Part shown: in pieces, positions 39,229-52,900 of the stretch | How positions within the stretch are numbered: position 1 is the stretch's first letter | Layout of the letters: every line of letters begins with the position of its first letter | Assembly: GCA_965235115.1 (NCBI GenBank) | Contig: OZ249436.1 | Coordinates: 53,198,001-53,262,000, forward strand | DNA: 64,000 bases | From: Laetmonice hystrix | Lineage: Eukaryota | Direction: 5' to 3' | Notes under the pieces: model-generated | Seen by the model: only the letters and a program-made list of their open reading frames with translations | Database searches by the model: none | What the model was told of the DNA's origin: nothing | Translations under genes and position numbers: made by a program

Positions 39229-42063
39229 AAGATGGCGGGACGGTTGACAACATCCTGGTTTATGTAACTACCTGCACCCCCCTCCCACCACCACCACCAC
39301 TTACACCCACCTTGATGATGGTGTCTGATGGTCTGCTGCCTTCTGTCAGCATGATTGACACGTGAAACATCAGTGAACACGTAAACAGATAAGCTGAGGT
39401 CAACTATTGCACCAAAGAAACCCCAATGAAAATAGGAAAGCAGGGTGGCAATATGACCTGCCAACTCTCGAACATTCCAATCGTTCTCATCCGGTGACGA
39501 GATCTTAAGCATCCATTATGACAAATTGTCGGTACCTTCTGAAGATAACCGTGAGCAGGACAGATATTTGATTCAACAAACTTGATTTCTTAGCTCTGTT
39601 TTTTAAGATTTCGATATCCCATTGAAAGGCAGGTTTACAAGTATGTCTCACGCCGGCAGACCTGGCCTACGTCATCCAAACCAAACTTTGAAAGAAAAAC
39701 TTTTTTAAATTTGAAAGCGAAACACTTGAGTTTCAAAGTAATTGGCCTAAACGGAATGCAAACATATGAGTTCCATGGAAAAGTAGTAGTGAATACACTC
39801 CACTGGAAATATTTGAGAACAATGTGGTCGGTGGTAGCAGATAGCTGGTAATCTCCTTCCCCGGGTTACGACGTGTGTGTTGGGGGGGGGGGGGGGGGCG
39901 AGCCAAACCAAGGATTGAACAACAATTCTTTCCCGAAAAACCACAAGTTCCTTTATCAATACTTAGTGCAGGTACTTTGTTTTCAGAAGCATGTGACTAG
40001 AATTGTTTAAAATAGTCCGTCTAATCCTTCAGTGAACAACATAGTTGCAGCTGGCCAGTGTTAGCTAGTGTAACAGTTAGATAATTAGTTCTTTTGTTAA
40101 AAAAAATTGTTTGTCGCTTATAACAACGGCGTTAAACCCGGTTACAGGGGAAAAAGGCGTTGGTGTTAATCTCAGACATACCTGGTATCTGTGCCGATGA
40201 CATCTTGAAGATGGTTGACCTCAGGAGTAATGAATCTGGAGGAAAAACTACACCAGGAACAATATATTTCTTTATAATTGTTGTTTCCGTTCCGAATTGT
40301 GTAATTTTGGAATTCTATCCGACAAGCTGAACAATTAAACACAATTACGTCACACAATACGAGAGTGTGTTTACTGTTAATTCTGGAAATATTCTCCGGT
40401 CCCCAATCACGAGTGGCGGATTGATACAATCACACTTCAAATGGGAACTTTCCTTTTATGGGACAGTTAGCATTGTGTATGAAAAGTTTGCTGTTTTCGA
40501 CCAGGTAAGGACCATCTGGCATCCGTCACCATAAAGTTAATACAGATCACAATAGGAACTTACCTTATCACTGGGGGATCCAGGGGGGGGGGGGCCTTTC
40601 CTTTTCCTTAAATTTTCCTTTCCCCAACCTTTTTTTAAAGAAAATATGGGCCTCCTCGGTCATCCAGGAGCAACATAGGCCGAACTCTGGGCCATGCAGC
40701 ATTGAAATAGACCAAAAGGGGCCCAAAATGGTCATAATCATAATAGAATCATGCCGAGCGTAATTTTTTTTTAGGTCTCCCCCCCCCCCCTTATCGATAT
40801 TTTGCATAAAAGATAGGAACATCTATAACAGCTACAATTTGACAAATTTCCAGAAGGCAAATTATCTTCACCCTTTGATGTTCACATATAGTACTGAATT
40901 ATTGTTCCCTGTCAGAGCTATATACATGTAGTCTAGCTACTCAGGACTTTAGTTGGGACTTAGGACAATAACTGTCATTTTGTGTTCAATCCCGAGGCCT
41001 GTCGTCAACATGTCCTCATGTGCTTCTTTATGTAGTAACATAAAAGTAATGGAGCTTTATATGATGTGTTGTGGTAAAAATGGTTTTCTTGAGGTGGATT
41101 CCCACCAGGCAGCTATAGGTGAGTGTTGAGAAATCGACATCTCGTGGGAATCCGTTATCCGTTGTGGACGCTCCACGGGCTCAGCAAGTCGAACGCCCCT
41201 GTGACCCAAGGTGTCACCCTGGGCTGACCTTAGTGCGACCCAGGGTTACCTGGTGTACGCACTTTGAGAAAGGGAAGTGTTCTACCGCATGCAACTTGCA
41301 AGGTTGATTTTCAATCAGGAAGACAAAGAGCCGAGTTGTTTGCATGGAAAATCTCATTATCACCTAGAGGATCTGAAAAAAATGGTGACTTGGTGTGCTG
41401 GGTTGTGTTCTCTTTCTGATGAAACAAATGGCATTGAGTACGTAAAACCTGCAGTCAGAACGCCATGTTAGCTTGCCATGTATTCAAACAAAACAACAAA
41501 ACAACAGGAAATAATGAATAGCTATCAATACGGAGATAAAACAACGAGAGGGGCAGTTATGTTTCGTTGGATCCCCCTGCTGCTATCCCGTATTGTCTCA
41601 GTCAAACAGGTCTTACACCCCAAGTGTCCCTGTCTCTGTGTGTGATCATAGAATAACGTGAGAGTAACTGCAGTGTCGTGAAAACAACGTCCCAGCAGAT
41701 GCCACACCTAGGTCAAGGTATAGAAAAGGAGTAGAAAAGGGAAGAAAAACACCAGCTTTATGCAGGTCCCACAAATCACAGGTTTATTACCGTCTGCAAA
41801 CAGTAGACGTCAGCACAAAGAGAAAACTGCCAGCAGATTATTATCGGAGGAGTTATAGGGGTCATCAAAGATGAGCATCAAAGTGGTGCATATATTACTG
41901 CCTTCCAAATATTGCTAAATGATTGTCCGTTGCTTTCTTTTTAATGACGATAATGGAGGAAGAGAGGAGAAAAAAGGAACAATCTAGCTGGTTTTCTTTT
42001 CTTTAAATGTTTTCACCTTTGTGCTTTATGTCGATTAAATTCTAGTTGTGTTTGTTGTTGCAG

Positions 42064-42221
42064 CAATCTACACAGTGATGTGCTACAATGTTCTCTGTGA
42101 TAAGTACGCCACACGACAACTGTACGGCTACTGCCCGTCGTGGGCACTCAACTGGGAGTACAGAAAGAAGGGAATTATCGAGGAGATCCGTCACTATAGC
42201 GCCGACATCATTACACTGCAG
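42064..42221 (+). CDS. CNOT6: CNOT6 exon (IYTVMCYNVLCDKYATRQLYGYCPSWALNWEYRKK...ITLQ)
   Basis: Hallmark CCR4 sequence; ttgcag| and |gttagt; phase 1/0. Confidence 0.97.
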
Positions 42222-42384
42222 GTTAGTGTACATACGGCCGGGAGGAGGGGAGGGGGGGCATTGGCTGATCCACGGGGCTAAGAGGGCTACACCCCTGACC
42301 CCCCCCCCCCCCCCCGAAAAAATGGGTTGGGAGTAGGAAGAGCTCTAAGGTGGTGGGTATGGCTCATATTATATGGTATTGAAG

Positions 42385-42720
42385 TGTCAAGGTCAAATGG
42401 TATGAAACCTTACACAATGATCATGGATGGTCTAAGGATGATAGACGTCAAATAGTATATCATTCAAGGTGGCCACTTGGCAGCCATGTTCGATGTAAAC
42501 ACATTTCGATCAGTACCTCAAACAAATCGATCCTGATTTCTTTCAAAGTCGTAACTAAATATTATATTCTTTGACCTTTCCAGGCCTTAAAAGGTCAATC
42601 GGGGCCGTGCATGATTTCAGGGGCTTGTACCTTGTAAGCTATATTATCCCATAACTACTCTTTGTGATGGATAGAAAGTTCATTTGGTATTATTTCTTCA
42701 ACCTTGAGTCACCTTCCAAT
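42385..42720 (+). mobile_element. Dispersed repeat, copy 4
   Basis: aaaccttacacaatgatcatgg..ctaaggatgat..gatgtaaacacattt, aaaggtcaatc shared with copies at ~5930 and ~8900. Confidence 0.6.
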
Positions 42721-44277
42721 ACATAGCGACAATCATATGATATGTTCAAGACGGAATGTTGAGGGCTGTAAGCTTCACAAGCTTGTTATGTGATATTATA
42801 ATTAAGAAGCCGGCGTAGACGGATGTGGCCAGACTAAGAGGTCTGTCCTGAATCAGAAAGGTCGATGCCACTGGCAGTTCTCTGTCTGTCGATATTATGA
42901 AGACATTCATAACGCTGGCCAACATGGCCCAAGGCTCGATTCAGGAGCCCTCTGGCGGCGAGACCTGCCTGCCCTAGGGCCACGTGTTGGCAGATGTGAT
43001 GAGGGGGCCTTAGAGTGGCGACGTACGGGCCATCTCCCTGCCACCGAGAACCATGTCGGAGTAGGGCGGGGGCAGGTGTAAGAGGTACACTCTACCGGCC
43101 TATCACCCATCATATCCTAGTTGATTTCTTTACACCGGCTTTTGGTGGGCATTGGGCCAGGGACTGCTCACAACACATGGTACCAGGTTCCTCCAGTATG
43201 TAAATCACTCTCTCTCTGAACTGTGGTCTCTGATGTTAGGCCAAGATTAGTAATGGTCGACAGGTCCTGCTCATTGTTTAGTATGGCGAGCAGATCCAAG
43301 GTTGGAGTATGGTGAACTTGTCCGAGTTCATATCTAGGGCAAACATGAATTCTTTGAAATTCCCATTTATTGATGGAGTTAAAGCTATAAACACCCCGGT
43401 AGCCATTATCATTATGAGTCGATGGTTGTATATTCCCTGGAGCCCTACATTACCCTTACTGGAACTATAACAAGGTTTGTTTGACATGTTACTATCTGTC
43501 CTTTGCTGGATTTGTACATATGAAAGTACCGGTAGATTTTTCTATATAATTTTTTACAATGTCAATTTTTCCTTAGTTAAAAATCTTCCTTCAGAGTTTT
43601 GTTTGGATGACGTAGAGTTTCTGTTTATATCTTGACGTGTCTGACGGTCAGCTATCCGTATAGTTATTGTTAATGAGGGATAGAGAGGAATATCTGATAC
43701 TATCTTCGCTTTTCTCTTGAGTGAAAAAATATATTATAATCCAGCGATGGCGATGCAAACAAAAAGACTATGGTCCTCCCTTATCCGGGGATGCCACTAT
43801 GCCACGGCCTAGCTCGTTTTTTTGACCACTGTCTGGAAGCCAAGCGAGTTTATTTGATCGTCTGTCATCTTTCTGGCCAACTGTCTCGTCAGTTCGTTAA
43901 GATTTCAGAGAAGTGAGTCGCTCCGATATATCTTCACTGAGTTTCACGGAACTGCCATTGCTAATGTCTGAGAGAAGTTTAGTCACGTCTTGGGATGAAA
44001 CTGAGACCCGGGGCCCTTGTTGGTCAAGTTTTGGATTTAGTTTCAATCAGTGGACTGTGATAAATCGTACTAAAACGAGTTCAGTGGTGGGGGAAATTGA
44101 TTAAGCGTTCGGAGATCAGTGGACACCTTTTATGTTGAAGCTTTAAAAAGCCTTGCGCTTCGACCTTGCATGACCCTCCAAAATGCAGACATGGGCTGTT
44201 AGGTTAGATAAGGCTTTAGACTACATAGATTAAGACATGAATACCGACAGAAATGGAGAAATCTAATGACGGTGGCT

Positions 44278-44357
44278 CCTGCCGTGGGGCCCCGAGCTGG
44301 GTCCTGCCGTGGGGCCCGGGCTGGGTCCTGCCGTGGGGCCCCGGCCTGGGTCTTGCC
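44278..44357. repeat. ~22-23-bp GC-rich tandem repeat x3-4
   Basis: cctgccgtggggccc..gctgggt repeated. Confidence 0.8.
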
Positions 44358-44864
44358 CTGTGGCACCGATACCAGAGAGGGCCGGAGGGGGCCGGGCTGG
44401 GCGGGGGGGGGGGGGGGGGGGCTGTGGACCTGATACCAGCCTGTACCAACCACTGAGACCTGAGGCTGCCCGACGGCTCGCAAAAATAGTTTTATTACGA
44501 AAAGCATGGAGATCTAGGCGGAGTGGTGCATTATATTTATTATTCAGCAAACCTGGCGGCACACCGGTTTCAGAATACCGAGGCCAAGGTAATAACTCCC
44601 AACAAGACGAATTAATTAAAATGAGGAAAATAGTGTTGCGATCTGTTTCGTATCCAAAAAGGTATAGATAACTTTTTTTTGCAGAAGTGAAAACGGTATG
44701 TATTTTGAAGGGCGTAGAAGTAAAGGCAGTCATTTTTGGCAGTTGCTGCATCAGCAGATTACCGGTATGCTAAATTAGCACTATTACATGAGTATATGCC
44801 TCGACGAGTCGAGAACCATCTGTTATTAGCGCGGACGTTTATCCAGGTGTATGTTTCTCTTCAG

Positions 44865-45019
44865 GAGGTAGAGACAGACCAGTTCTACAACTTCTTTCTG
44901 CCAGAGTTGAAGCGTGATGGATACGACGGTATCTTTTCTCCCAAGTCTCGGGCTCGTACCATGACGGAAGTGGACAGGAAACATGTTGACGGATGTGCCA
45001 TCTTCTTCCGAACAGCCAA
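44865..45019 (+). CDS. CNOT6: CNOT6 exon (EVETDQFYNFFLPEL...HVDGCAIFFRTAK)
   Basis: Catalytic Glu of LQEVE; ttcag| and |gtaagt; phase 0/2. Confidence 0.97.
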
Positions 45020-45232
45020 GTAAGTTTACAACCAGGGCCTGGTTTTTACAAACTTAACTTCTTGCTGAAGCACTTCTGATTGACTGGCCTGCTTAGACTG
45101 AGGACAATCAGAAATGTAGGAATTTAAGTTTTGACAAAGTTGGCACAAGTCCCAGCTGTTTAAGCTTGCGAATCTCTGACCTGTAGACACCTGCCTCAAT
45201 TAGAGTTTCTGTCTCACGGTAACACTTCTATC

Positions 45233-45751
45233 TGAGTGTGCCATGGCAGGGTTGTATGAGTGTGACATGGCAGGGTTGTGAGTGTGACATGGCAGGGTTG
45301 TATGAGTGTGACATGGCAGGGTTGTATGAGTGTGACATGGCAGGGTTGTATGAGTGTGACATGGCAGGGTTGTATGAGTGTGCCATGGCAGGGTTGTATG
45401 AGTGTGACATGGCAGGGTTGTGAGTGTGACATGGCAGGGTTGTATGAGTGTGACATGGCAGGGTTGTATGAGTGTGACATGGCAGGGTTGTATGAGTGTG
45501 ACATGGCAGGGTTGTATGAGTGTGACATGGCAGGGTTGTATGAGTGTGACATGGCAGGGTTGTGAGTGTGACATGGCAGGGTTGTATGAGTGTGACATGG
45601 CAGGGTTGTATGAGTGTGACATGGCAGGGTTGTATGAGTGTGACATGGCAGGGTTGTATGAGTGTGACATGGCAGGGTTGTATGAGTGTGACATGGCAGG
45701 GTTGTATGAGTGTGACATGGCAGGGTTGTATGAGTGTGACATGGCAGGGTG
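45233..45751. repeat. Intronic minisatellite, 24-bp unit (tgtatgagtgtgacatggcagggt) with 22-bp variants
   Basis: About 21 near-perfect units. Confidence 0.97.
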
Positions 45752-46060
45752 GAACATCCTAATAACTTTACTCTTTAGAAAGCAGTGGGTCCGTCGTGTC
45801 CATTAGTATCTTGTCTCATGCATGTTCCTAAGCAATTTTCCCCAACTTGGAAACGGTTAAAAAGGGTTAGTTATGAAAATGAAAACAAACGAAAAAGAAT
45901 GATAACTTCAAGTTAATATATTGTATGAACCCGCACGCCAACCAGAGCATGACATGAGGGTCAGCCGGTCAGCAATTTCAGTTTGTGCAATCTCATAACG
46001 CAGATAATCCATATTTAGCAAACCAAAGTTCTGGGCCCAGGTACAGCCCCCTCCTTCTTG

Positions 46061-46289
46061 CATTATACCCTTCACCCGTTTATACTTGCCACCAGTGACG
46101 GTGTTGACAATGAATACTGGTTTATTGTAGGTTCTGCCATTATACCCTTTACCCGTTTATACTTGCCACCAGTGACGGTGTTGACAATGAATACTGGTTT
46201 ATTGTAGGTTCTGCCATTATACCCTTCACCCGTTTATACTTGCCACCAGTGACGGTGTTGACAATGAATACTGGTTTATTGTAGGTTCT
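46061..46289 (+). repeat. 77-bp tandem triplication containing the CNOT6 3' splice site
   Basis: tttattgtAG|gttct with the acceptor G at 46130, 46207 and 46284. Confidence 0.95.
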
Positions 46290-46436
46290 CTCTAATGAAA
46301 GAACATCTCATCGAGTTCAACCAGCTGGCCATGGCCAGTGCCGACGGCTCACACGACATGATCAACAGGGTGATGACCAAGGACAATATTGGCCTGGCGG
46401 CCATGTTGGAGTGTAAAGAGGCTATCTGGGACAACG
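46285..46436 (+). CDS. CNOT6: CNOT6 exon (FSLMKEHLIEFNQLAMA...RVMTKDNIG...WDN)
   Basis: Conserved CCR4 motifs; phase 2/1; |gtaagc. Confidence 0.97.
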
Positions 46437-46667
46437 GTAAGCGGAAAGCTAAAACGTCGTACATGCTGGTGGAGATAGATATTGGGTGTTATTTAGTTGA
46501 CCCTCACAGAATGTATAATTAAAGTTGGAAGGTGTCTTTTGTTACGAGCACATTGCGTTATGAGAAAATGTACCTGTAGTTAGAGAGGTAGTGCAAGGAG
46601 CACTGAATTCTTGTTATTTTGGCAAGGTTTGTGTGTATTGAGACGGTATATGTTGTGTTATAACCAG

Positions 46668-46898
46668 GTCTGCCGGCCGAGCCCCACGTGCGGCAGCCTC
46701 TGCTGGTGGCCACGTGCCACGTCCACTGGGACCCCGAGTTCTGTGATGTGAAGCTCGTGCAGACCATGATGCTCGTGTCCGAGCTGAAGAACGTCATTGA
46801 AGAGACGCAGACCAGTTTTAGGCCGGGGTCAAGCCAGCCGGACTGCAACACTATACCCCTCATACTCTGTGGTGATCTCAATTCTCTTCCTGAGTCAG
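46668..46898 (+). CDS. CNOT6: CNOT6 exon (HVHWDPEFCDVKLVQ...CGDLNSLPES)
   Basis: Catalytic GDLN motif; phase 1/1; |gtgagt. Confidence 0.97.
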
Positions 46899-47301
46899 GT
46901 GAGTCCTTTACAACCAACAAACTACGAAAAGCCCAGAATGCACCCTGATCGTATCACAAGTGTGGACCTTGTTTGCTTGTTTCTTTAAATTTCCTTAATG
47001 AATTGTTCTGATGGCCGAGAAATAGTGGTGATTGCGGTGTATTTATTTATTCTTTTGTGTTTGTAAATAAGGGTTGTTGCAGCTACCAGTATACCCCCGT
47101 CACTTTGGTGGTTTCTTCTTCGTCCTTTCTGCTTTAGGATTTCCAAATAGACGGCACCAATTCTGTATACTTTTTTTTATGTTGTCAAGAGGCCCACACT
47201 GTCTGAGCCGAGTAGTTGGATGATTGAATTAGTGTTTCCGTAGTGGTGCCTAGAGGGCACAGGTTGCGAGGTGAGCTTACCTAGACCGTGTTTATCCTCA
47301 G

Positions 47302-47479
47302 GTGTGCTGGAATACCTGCTCTCAGGCAAGGTGTCGGCAAATCACGAGGACTTCAAAGAAATGGGCTACGACTCGTGTCTGCAGAAACTGTCCATCTCAG
47401 ACACGAAGGAAATCTTTAACCATGGCTTCAAGCTGGGTCAGGCTTACACCAAAGAAGTCATGCCGTACACAAATTACAC
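47302..47479 (+). CDS. CNOT6: CNOT6 exon (VLEYL...MPYTNYT)
   Basis: Conserved sequence; phase 1/2; |gtaagt. Confidence 0.97.
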
Positions 47480-48124
47480 GTAAGTTGCCAAGGCCATGCA
47501 TAAAAACACAAAGGCTGGCACAGTCACAACCCGACTGTGGATAATACAGCAGAGTGGTTTCTTTGACGTGGTTCAGGTGTACTTTGACCTCTAAAGGTAG
47601 ATCAAAGGTCGTTTGGTTGTTTTTCATACATCGAACGGGTGAAGACAGGTATAAAGTCAGAATTGCTCTTTATTCGGAAGAAGTCATGTTTGGAATTTCA
47701 TTGAATATTTTACCCTCGGCTCCGTGTTCATCAACTGAAATAGTGTTTTCCAGACTATGATCAAATATCTCCTGAGGTTTAATGAATATTATTCTAAAAT
47801 ATCTGGTTGAAACGAGGCGAGCCTACTGCAGTTGCCAACGATAATACCTTAAATGATTCAGACGTTTACCTCGAGTCAGAAGCGATTTTCTTCAGGTAAT
47901 AGTTACTAGAAGAAGCAGTACGGGTGAACTATTTAGGGATTCCTAACTTGGAGTGGATCACCCTCAACCTCCTGTAAACAAAGATTTGTTGACTATATAC
48001 CTTAGACAATAATTCTGTTTGTGTGTCCCGGATACAAAACACTGGTCCCAATGCAAGAAAATAACATAGAATATCTCTTGTTAGATGATATAATTTATTT
48101 AAAGAATGTTGCCTTTCCTTGCAG

Positions 48125-48359
48125 ATTCGACTTCAAGGGTATCATCGATTATGTGTTCTACTCGCGTGATTTCATGCGGCCGCTGGGACTGTTGGGCCCT
48201 CTTGACGCCGACTGGTTTACAGAAAACAAAGTTCTCGGCTGCCCACACCCCCATATCCCCTCCGACCATCTGCCCCTCCTTGTCGAGTTCGAAATGCAAA
48301 CAGCTCCCTTGTCCAACACCCGGCCATCGGGCAGTCTCCACATGGGGGCGCGCAGATAG
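48125..48359 (+). CDS. CNOT6: CNOT6 last coding exon (FDFKGIIDYVFYS...CPHPHIPSDHLPL...ARR*)
   Basis: Catalytic IDY and PSDH motifs; TAG at 48357-48359. Confidence 0.97.
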
Positions 48360-51300
48360 CTGGCCTCGCCGCAGCTCGCCAGGTGGCGCTGGTGCATGCG
48401 ACGGCGACTCCTGGCGGTGAACCCAGGCAGTGCGATCGAGGATCGTAGCAGTCACTGTGTGTAGATGGTTATACTGACCCAGCAGTTCATATAGTGGTGG
48501 AATATACAACAAAACAGAGAACAATACTACCTATCGGATACACATGGGTCTTGCTTCTAGGACGGTGGACTTGTGAAAACTCCTGGACAGTGGAAGCGAT
48601 TGGCCAGACAGATGTACTGACTTAGGTTGGTGATCAGACACAGGCAATTTTTTTCAATGTGTAGTCGACTACTTTTTGTAAACTGTCGCGATGATATCGT
48701 GAGGATGTGAAGTAAAAACCGCCGGTGATCAGGTCGGAGCTGGTGTCTGTCAATTGAGTGCTGCTGGTACCTGCTGTCAGGCCAGACGTTCGTGTCCGTC
48801 AACGGCACGTCGGACTTGAAACACACTCGTTACACACTGTTACTTCAGCAGACAAATTTTAATGAAATTATTTCTCCAATTATAGTAGACAGAAGATTAG
48901 TAGGTGACAAAGATGAACTTGACACTTTGTTTGTTCCTTTGATACCAGCAAGAGTTGTTTCTTGATATTGACTAGGTATGGTGATACTAAACGAGACCAT
49001 TTTGTTCTCTGTAATGTGGTGCGGATATATTAGAGAGTGGGCCAGGGGAGGGAGGGAGGGAGAATATTTGCCCAGTGAGGAAAAATTCCTAGAAGCAACA
49101 CTGCGGATGGAAACAGAAGTGGGCAGCAGACATATCAGGGCAGTCAGCTCGTTTCCAGGTACTGAGTTAGGTTAGCCGAACCCCCCTGAAAATACGAGTC
49201 ATATTGCCGCCTCTTTTATGTAGGCCTACCCAGGTGGACATGGTTCCCACGCCATCCAATCACTCAGTGGCAGCACAGCACAGCACAGCACGCCAGAGCT
49301 AGTATCTGGTGGGCCAGCCTGTTTTTGTATGTGTGAGGCTAACTGCCCACTTGATGGCCAGTGAGATTCAGGGATAGAACCGAAAGACGGTTGCGTATTT
49401 ATCTTTTATGGTTTTTTTTTTAATTTTTGTTTTATGTTTGTCACATGGCCATTCCTGTCCTCGCCCACGACGGACCACATCGCAATAATCTGGTGCTGAG
49501 GATACATTGTGACCTATATCAGGACTTAAACATTAATTGTTGTCTTCATTACTTTCTTGGTGTTTGTGGAAAAAACACAGCATGACAAAAATTAGTGCAA
49601 ACCTTGGAGAGGCATAAACTTATCTGTAGAAGGATATTATAGAGATGGCAAAGTTGATTTTATCCAGTGAGATATGTTAGATCTAATGTGGGTGATTTAA
49701 AATGAAGGTGACTATATTATCCATGTTGGTTGATGGTGTTAGAGTCTGTGGACAGATCTTACAGTGCGTACCGCGGAGGAAGGGGTAAGAGTCTTGCCTA
49801 CTTTAAACACGGGGGTAAAATGTCCCGTGTATGTCTTGGTATGGAATCACATAATTATTGATAGAGAGGGTAAGATCCACAAAAGGCAGTGCAAGGTCCG
49901 ACGTTGATCAACCAATGCGTGCTCGATGTAAAGAAGCATGTCTCTTTGCACTTACAAACTGTCATTATTTCATTGAATCAAGTATTTCACGGGATTTTTC
50001 TCATTCTGAAGCTAACTTTATCAGCAAAATTGATAGATTTCGGTATTTTAGGGTTTGGGGTTTTTTTTTCAAAAAGATGGGTATGTCGACGGATTTTGTC
50101 TGGGGTGGTTAGAGGTCTTTAACTGTACCAAAGTTTCGGTTCCCAAAACAGACAACGGTATCGCTGTCACTTCTAAACTATTAAATAAAACGTCAGGCCG
50201 TGTGGCTGCCATTCTTAGCCTCCCTATGATTCCGGGGAAGACACCTCAGCAAGACTTTGTCGTTGGCTGTACACTTGATGCTTGAACTATGTCGAGGTTT
50301 TCGGTGAAGCTGGTAGGTGAGCGTTGAGCAGTAAGGGTGGCCCAGTTTTTAATGTGGTATCTATATTATAATATCTACAGGGCTAGAGAGGTTTGACGCC
50401 AGGGGGCAGGGCTGGGAATGGGTAGGCGGGGCCAGCTTTTTATTATCATCCACTTGTCCACGTGGAACGATTCTCAAGGATGCATTTAGTGTTGTGTAGC
50501 CTGTGTGGGCGTGTGTGATAGGTTCGGGAGGTTTAGCAGGATCAGTGACTGAGGTGCTGGGCACGTCCCCCTCCCTACGATATGGCAGCACGTCACTCTG
50601 TGACGACCCTGTGTCTACACTGCAGTCACTGAGCAGCTCTATACTGTATGCATGTCTGTGTGTCCAATTCACTTTTAGTGTGTGAAACTATTATTGTAGT
50701 CAAAGAGTCCTTAACCACATGATTTTTCATGTTTAATGGAGTCTTCTGTCACGGCCGTAGTGTGGGAAGCCAGTGCTCGTTGAGTACCACCTGTTTCTGT
50801 ATAATGACAAGAAAGTGCATGCGGCGGCGATCCTATGTACCTTGTGTAGTTGCTTGCTGACATTTGTTGTTTATGTTTAGACAGTCATCCCCAACCTCTC
50901 TGACTCTGGGCTGTAGTGTCAACTGTTTTCCTCCTCTTCTTCTTCTTCTTCTTTTTAAAAAGGCAAATGTAATTATTGGTTTGATTGTCACAAGATATAC
51001 TTAAGCTCATGAACTGATTATGATTTCACGTGTCCTAATTGTTTCCCAATCTTCATGTGTACTCGCTCCCAGCCATGCAAACCTCGCATGTTGGGAGAGG
51101 TGGTCAGTGGCTTGGTCTTCATCTGCTTACAGTGTTTGTTGTATGGAGTGTCGGTCTACGTACAAACGGCAAAAACTCTTCTGTGTATCGTTCGATTTCA
51201 CCTCTTGTCTATCTGTACAAAAGGGTAAAACAGATTTACTTTTTAGCCAGAATTTTTTCTTCTTCCGAAAAAAAACTAGTATCCCCTCTTGTGAGGTGGA

Positions 51301-52900
51301 AGAATGGCGGTCTTTAGTATGACAGCCCCGTCTTTGTGCATTCGGGAGGTCAGTTGTCAGCATTGTCTCCGTTTGTTTTAAAATTGGGTGCTGCTAGACA
51401 AGTAGTCCTGCTGACTGCACAGGTGAACTGGCTTGTTCTGTATCACGACGCAGAAAGAAGCAAGTTGTTCGGTCAGACGCCCTCCGTATATGGGAATCCT
51501 TCTGTGCCTGCAGTACAAGGTCGCCTTGTCCGACACCTCAAGTGTCAAAAGAGTTTGTTATGACAACACCTCCTGCCCTTTTGCCGGACTACTACCGATG
51601 CCGGTATTGCCTCCACAACAGATGAAACTGCAGAAATCTCTCTCCACTTTTAGTGTGTACCCGTAGGTAATGTTAGTGTATTATAGCGGAATGTAGATTT
51701 GCTCAGATCAGTAATTCTATTAGTATCTACAGTGCAGTGGGCCTGAACATTCAGGGTCTGGCGTTTGTTACACGTGCCCTTACCCTCCCAACGACCCGCA
51801 AGGTCATCTCCAGATGGCAGCATCTACGCTCAGTTAGACGTGAGCTAGATATAAAAACAAGATTCGAACAAGTTCCTTCCCAGACGTACATATTTTAATG
51901 TGAGTAGAGTAAAACAGGTATGTATACACAAGGTGGTGTATAACCGTTGAATTCGGTTTTTTTCTGACTGTTTGGAGGCGGCCACACCGTCTATTGAGTA
52001 TGCGGGTGCCTGCGGTTGCGTGTCCTGAACAATAGCATTTTCCTCCATAGTCCATGTACAGCATCATGTCCTCGAGTGGCTATGGTGCTCAGCTCAGATG
52101 CCTGGCGCAGAACTTTGGCAGCATTCCTTTACTGAATTGTACGTAGCAAGTTGGTTAAAGTCACCGTGTAACATTTTCATCCGGTAGAACCAATACAAAA
52201 TGTTGATGTAAGGTGTAAGCAGGAAGTCGACGTTGATCTCGCTGATGGATAACCCGCCATCAAAAACTAACACTGCAGGAAACGTTCTTGGATGTGTTCC
52301 GATCAAGGATAATAACAATATTACAGTGAATGCTATCACATGGTGTGTTTGTTCAGGGCTCGGCTGAGGTATAAACGATAAATTATTGACACAACAGTGT
52401 ATGATCGTGGAAAATTGAGAAAGGGCGTTTCAACTGTAATACAACATAAGACTGGGTACATGGCTGTATTGTGTCCGCTGAGCGGCTGGGAGTCCACCGA
52501 CTGCGGATGGTGTCAGCCTACCATTCCCGCACCCATGAAGAAAGGTTTTTGTTTTTTAGGGTTTTTTTGGTTTGTAGGTTCACCCTATAGGCCATCGCCC
52601 GTCGTGTGAAGGGAGACTAAGTACTGAGTCACCCATCGCAGGTTATGACTGCCACCCCCCAACATGACAGACGCCGCACAAAATACATTCTGATCATATT
52701 TTTTATGACGTCGAGAGAGAGAATTGAATTATTGAGATGTTTTATCAATTGAGTATTTTCATAGAAAACTGTTCGCGAGGACCTCATGTTGCGGTGGAGC
52801 GAAGGATATGAGACACATTCCTACTCGAGTTGTAGAGTTGGCCGACATCACCACCCCCTATTTGTATATTTTGTGTCTGTTAAATAAAACGAAATGGGAC
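48360..52900 (+). other. CNOT6: Probable long CNOT6 3' UTR with poly(A) signals
   Basis: U/GU-rich, few recognisable repeats; AATAAA at 50184 and 52883. Confidence 0.5.

Noticed and set aside
45200..45806. MSHSYNPA / YECDMAGL repeat ORFs
   Set aside because: Translation of an intronic minisatellite.
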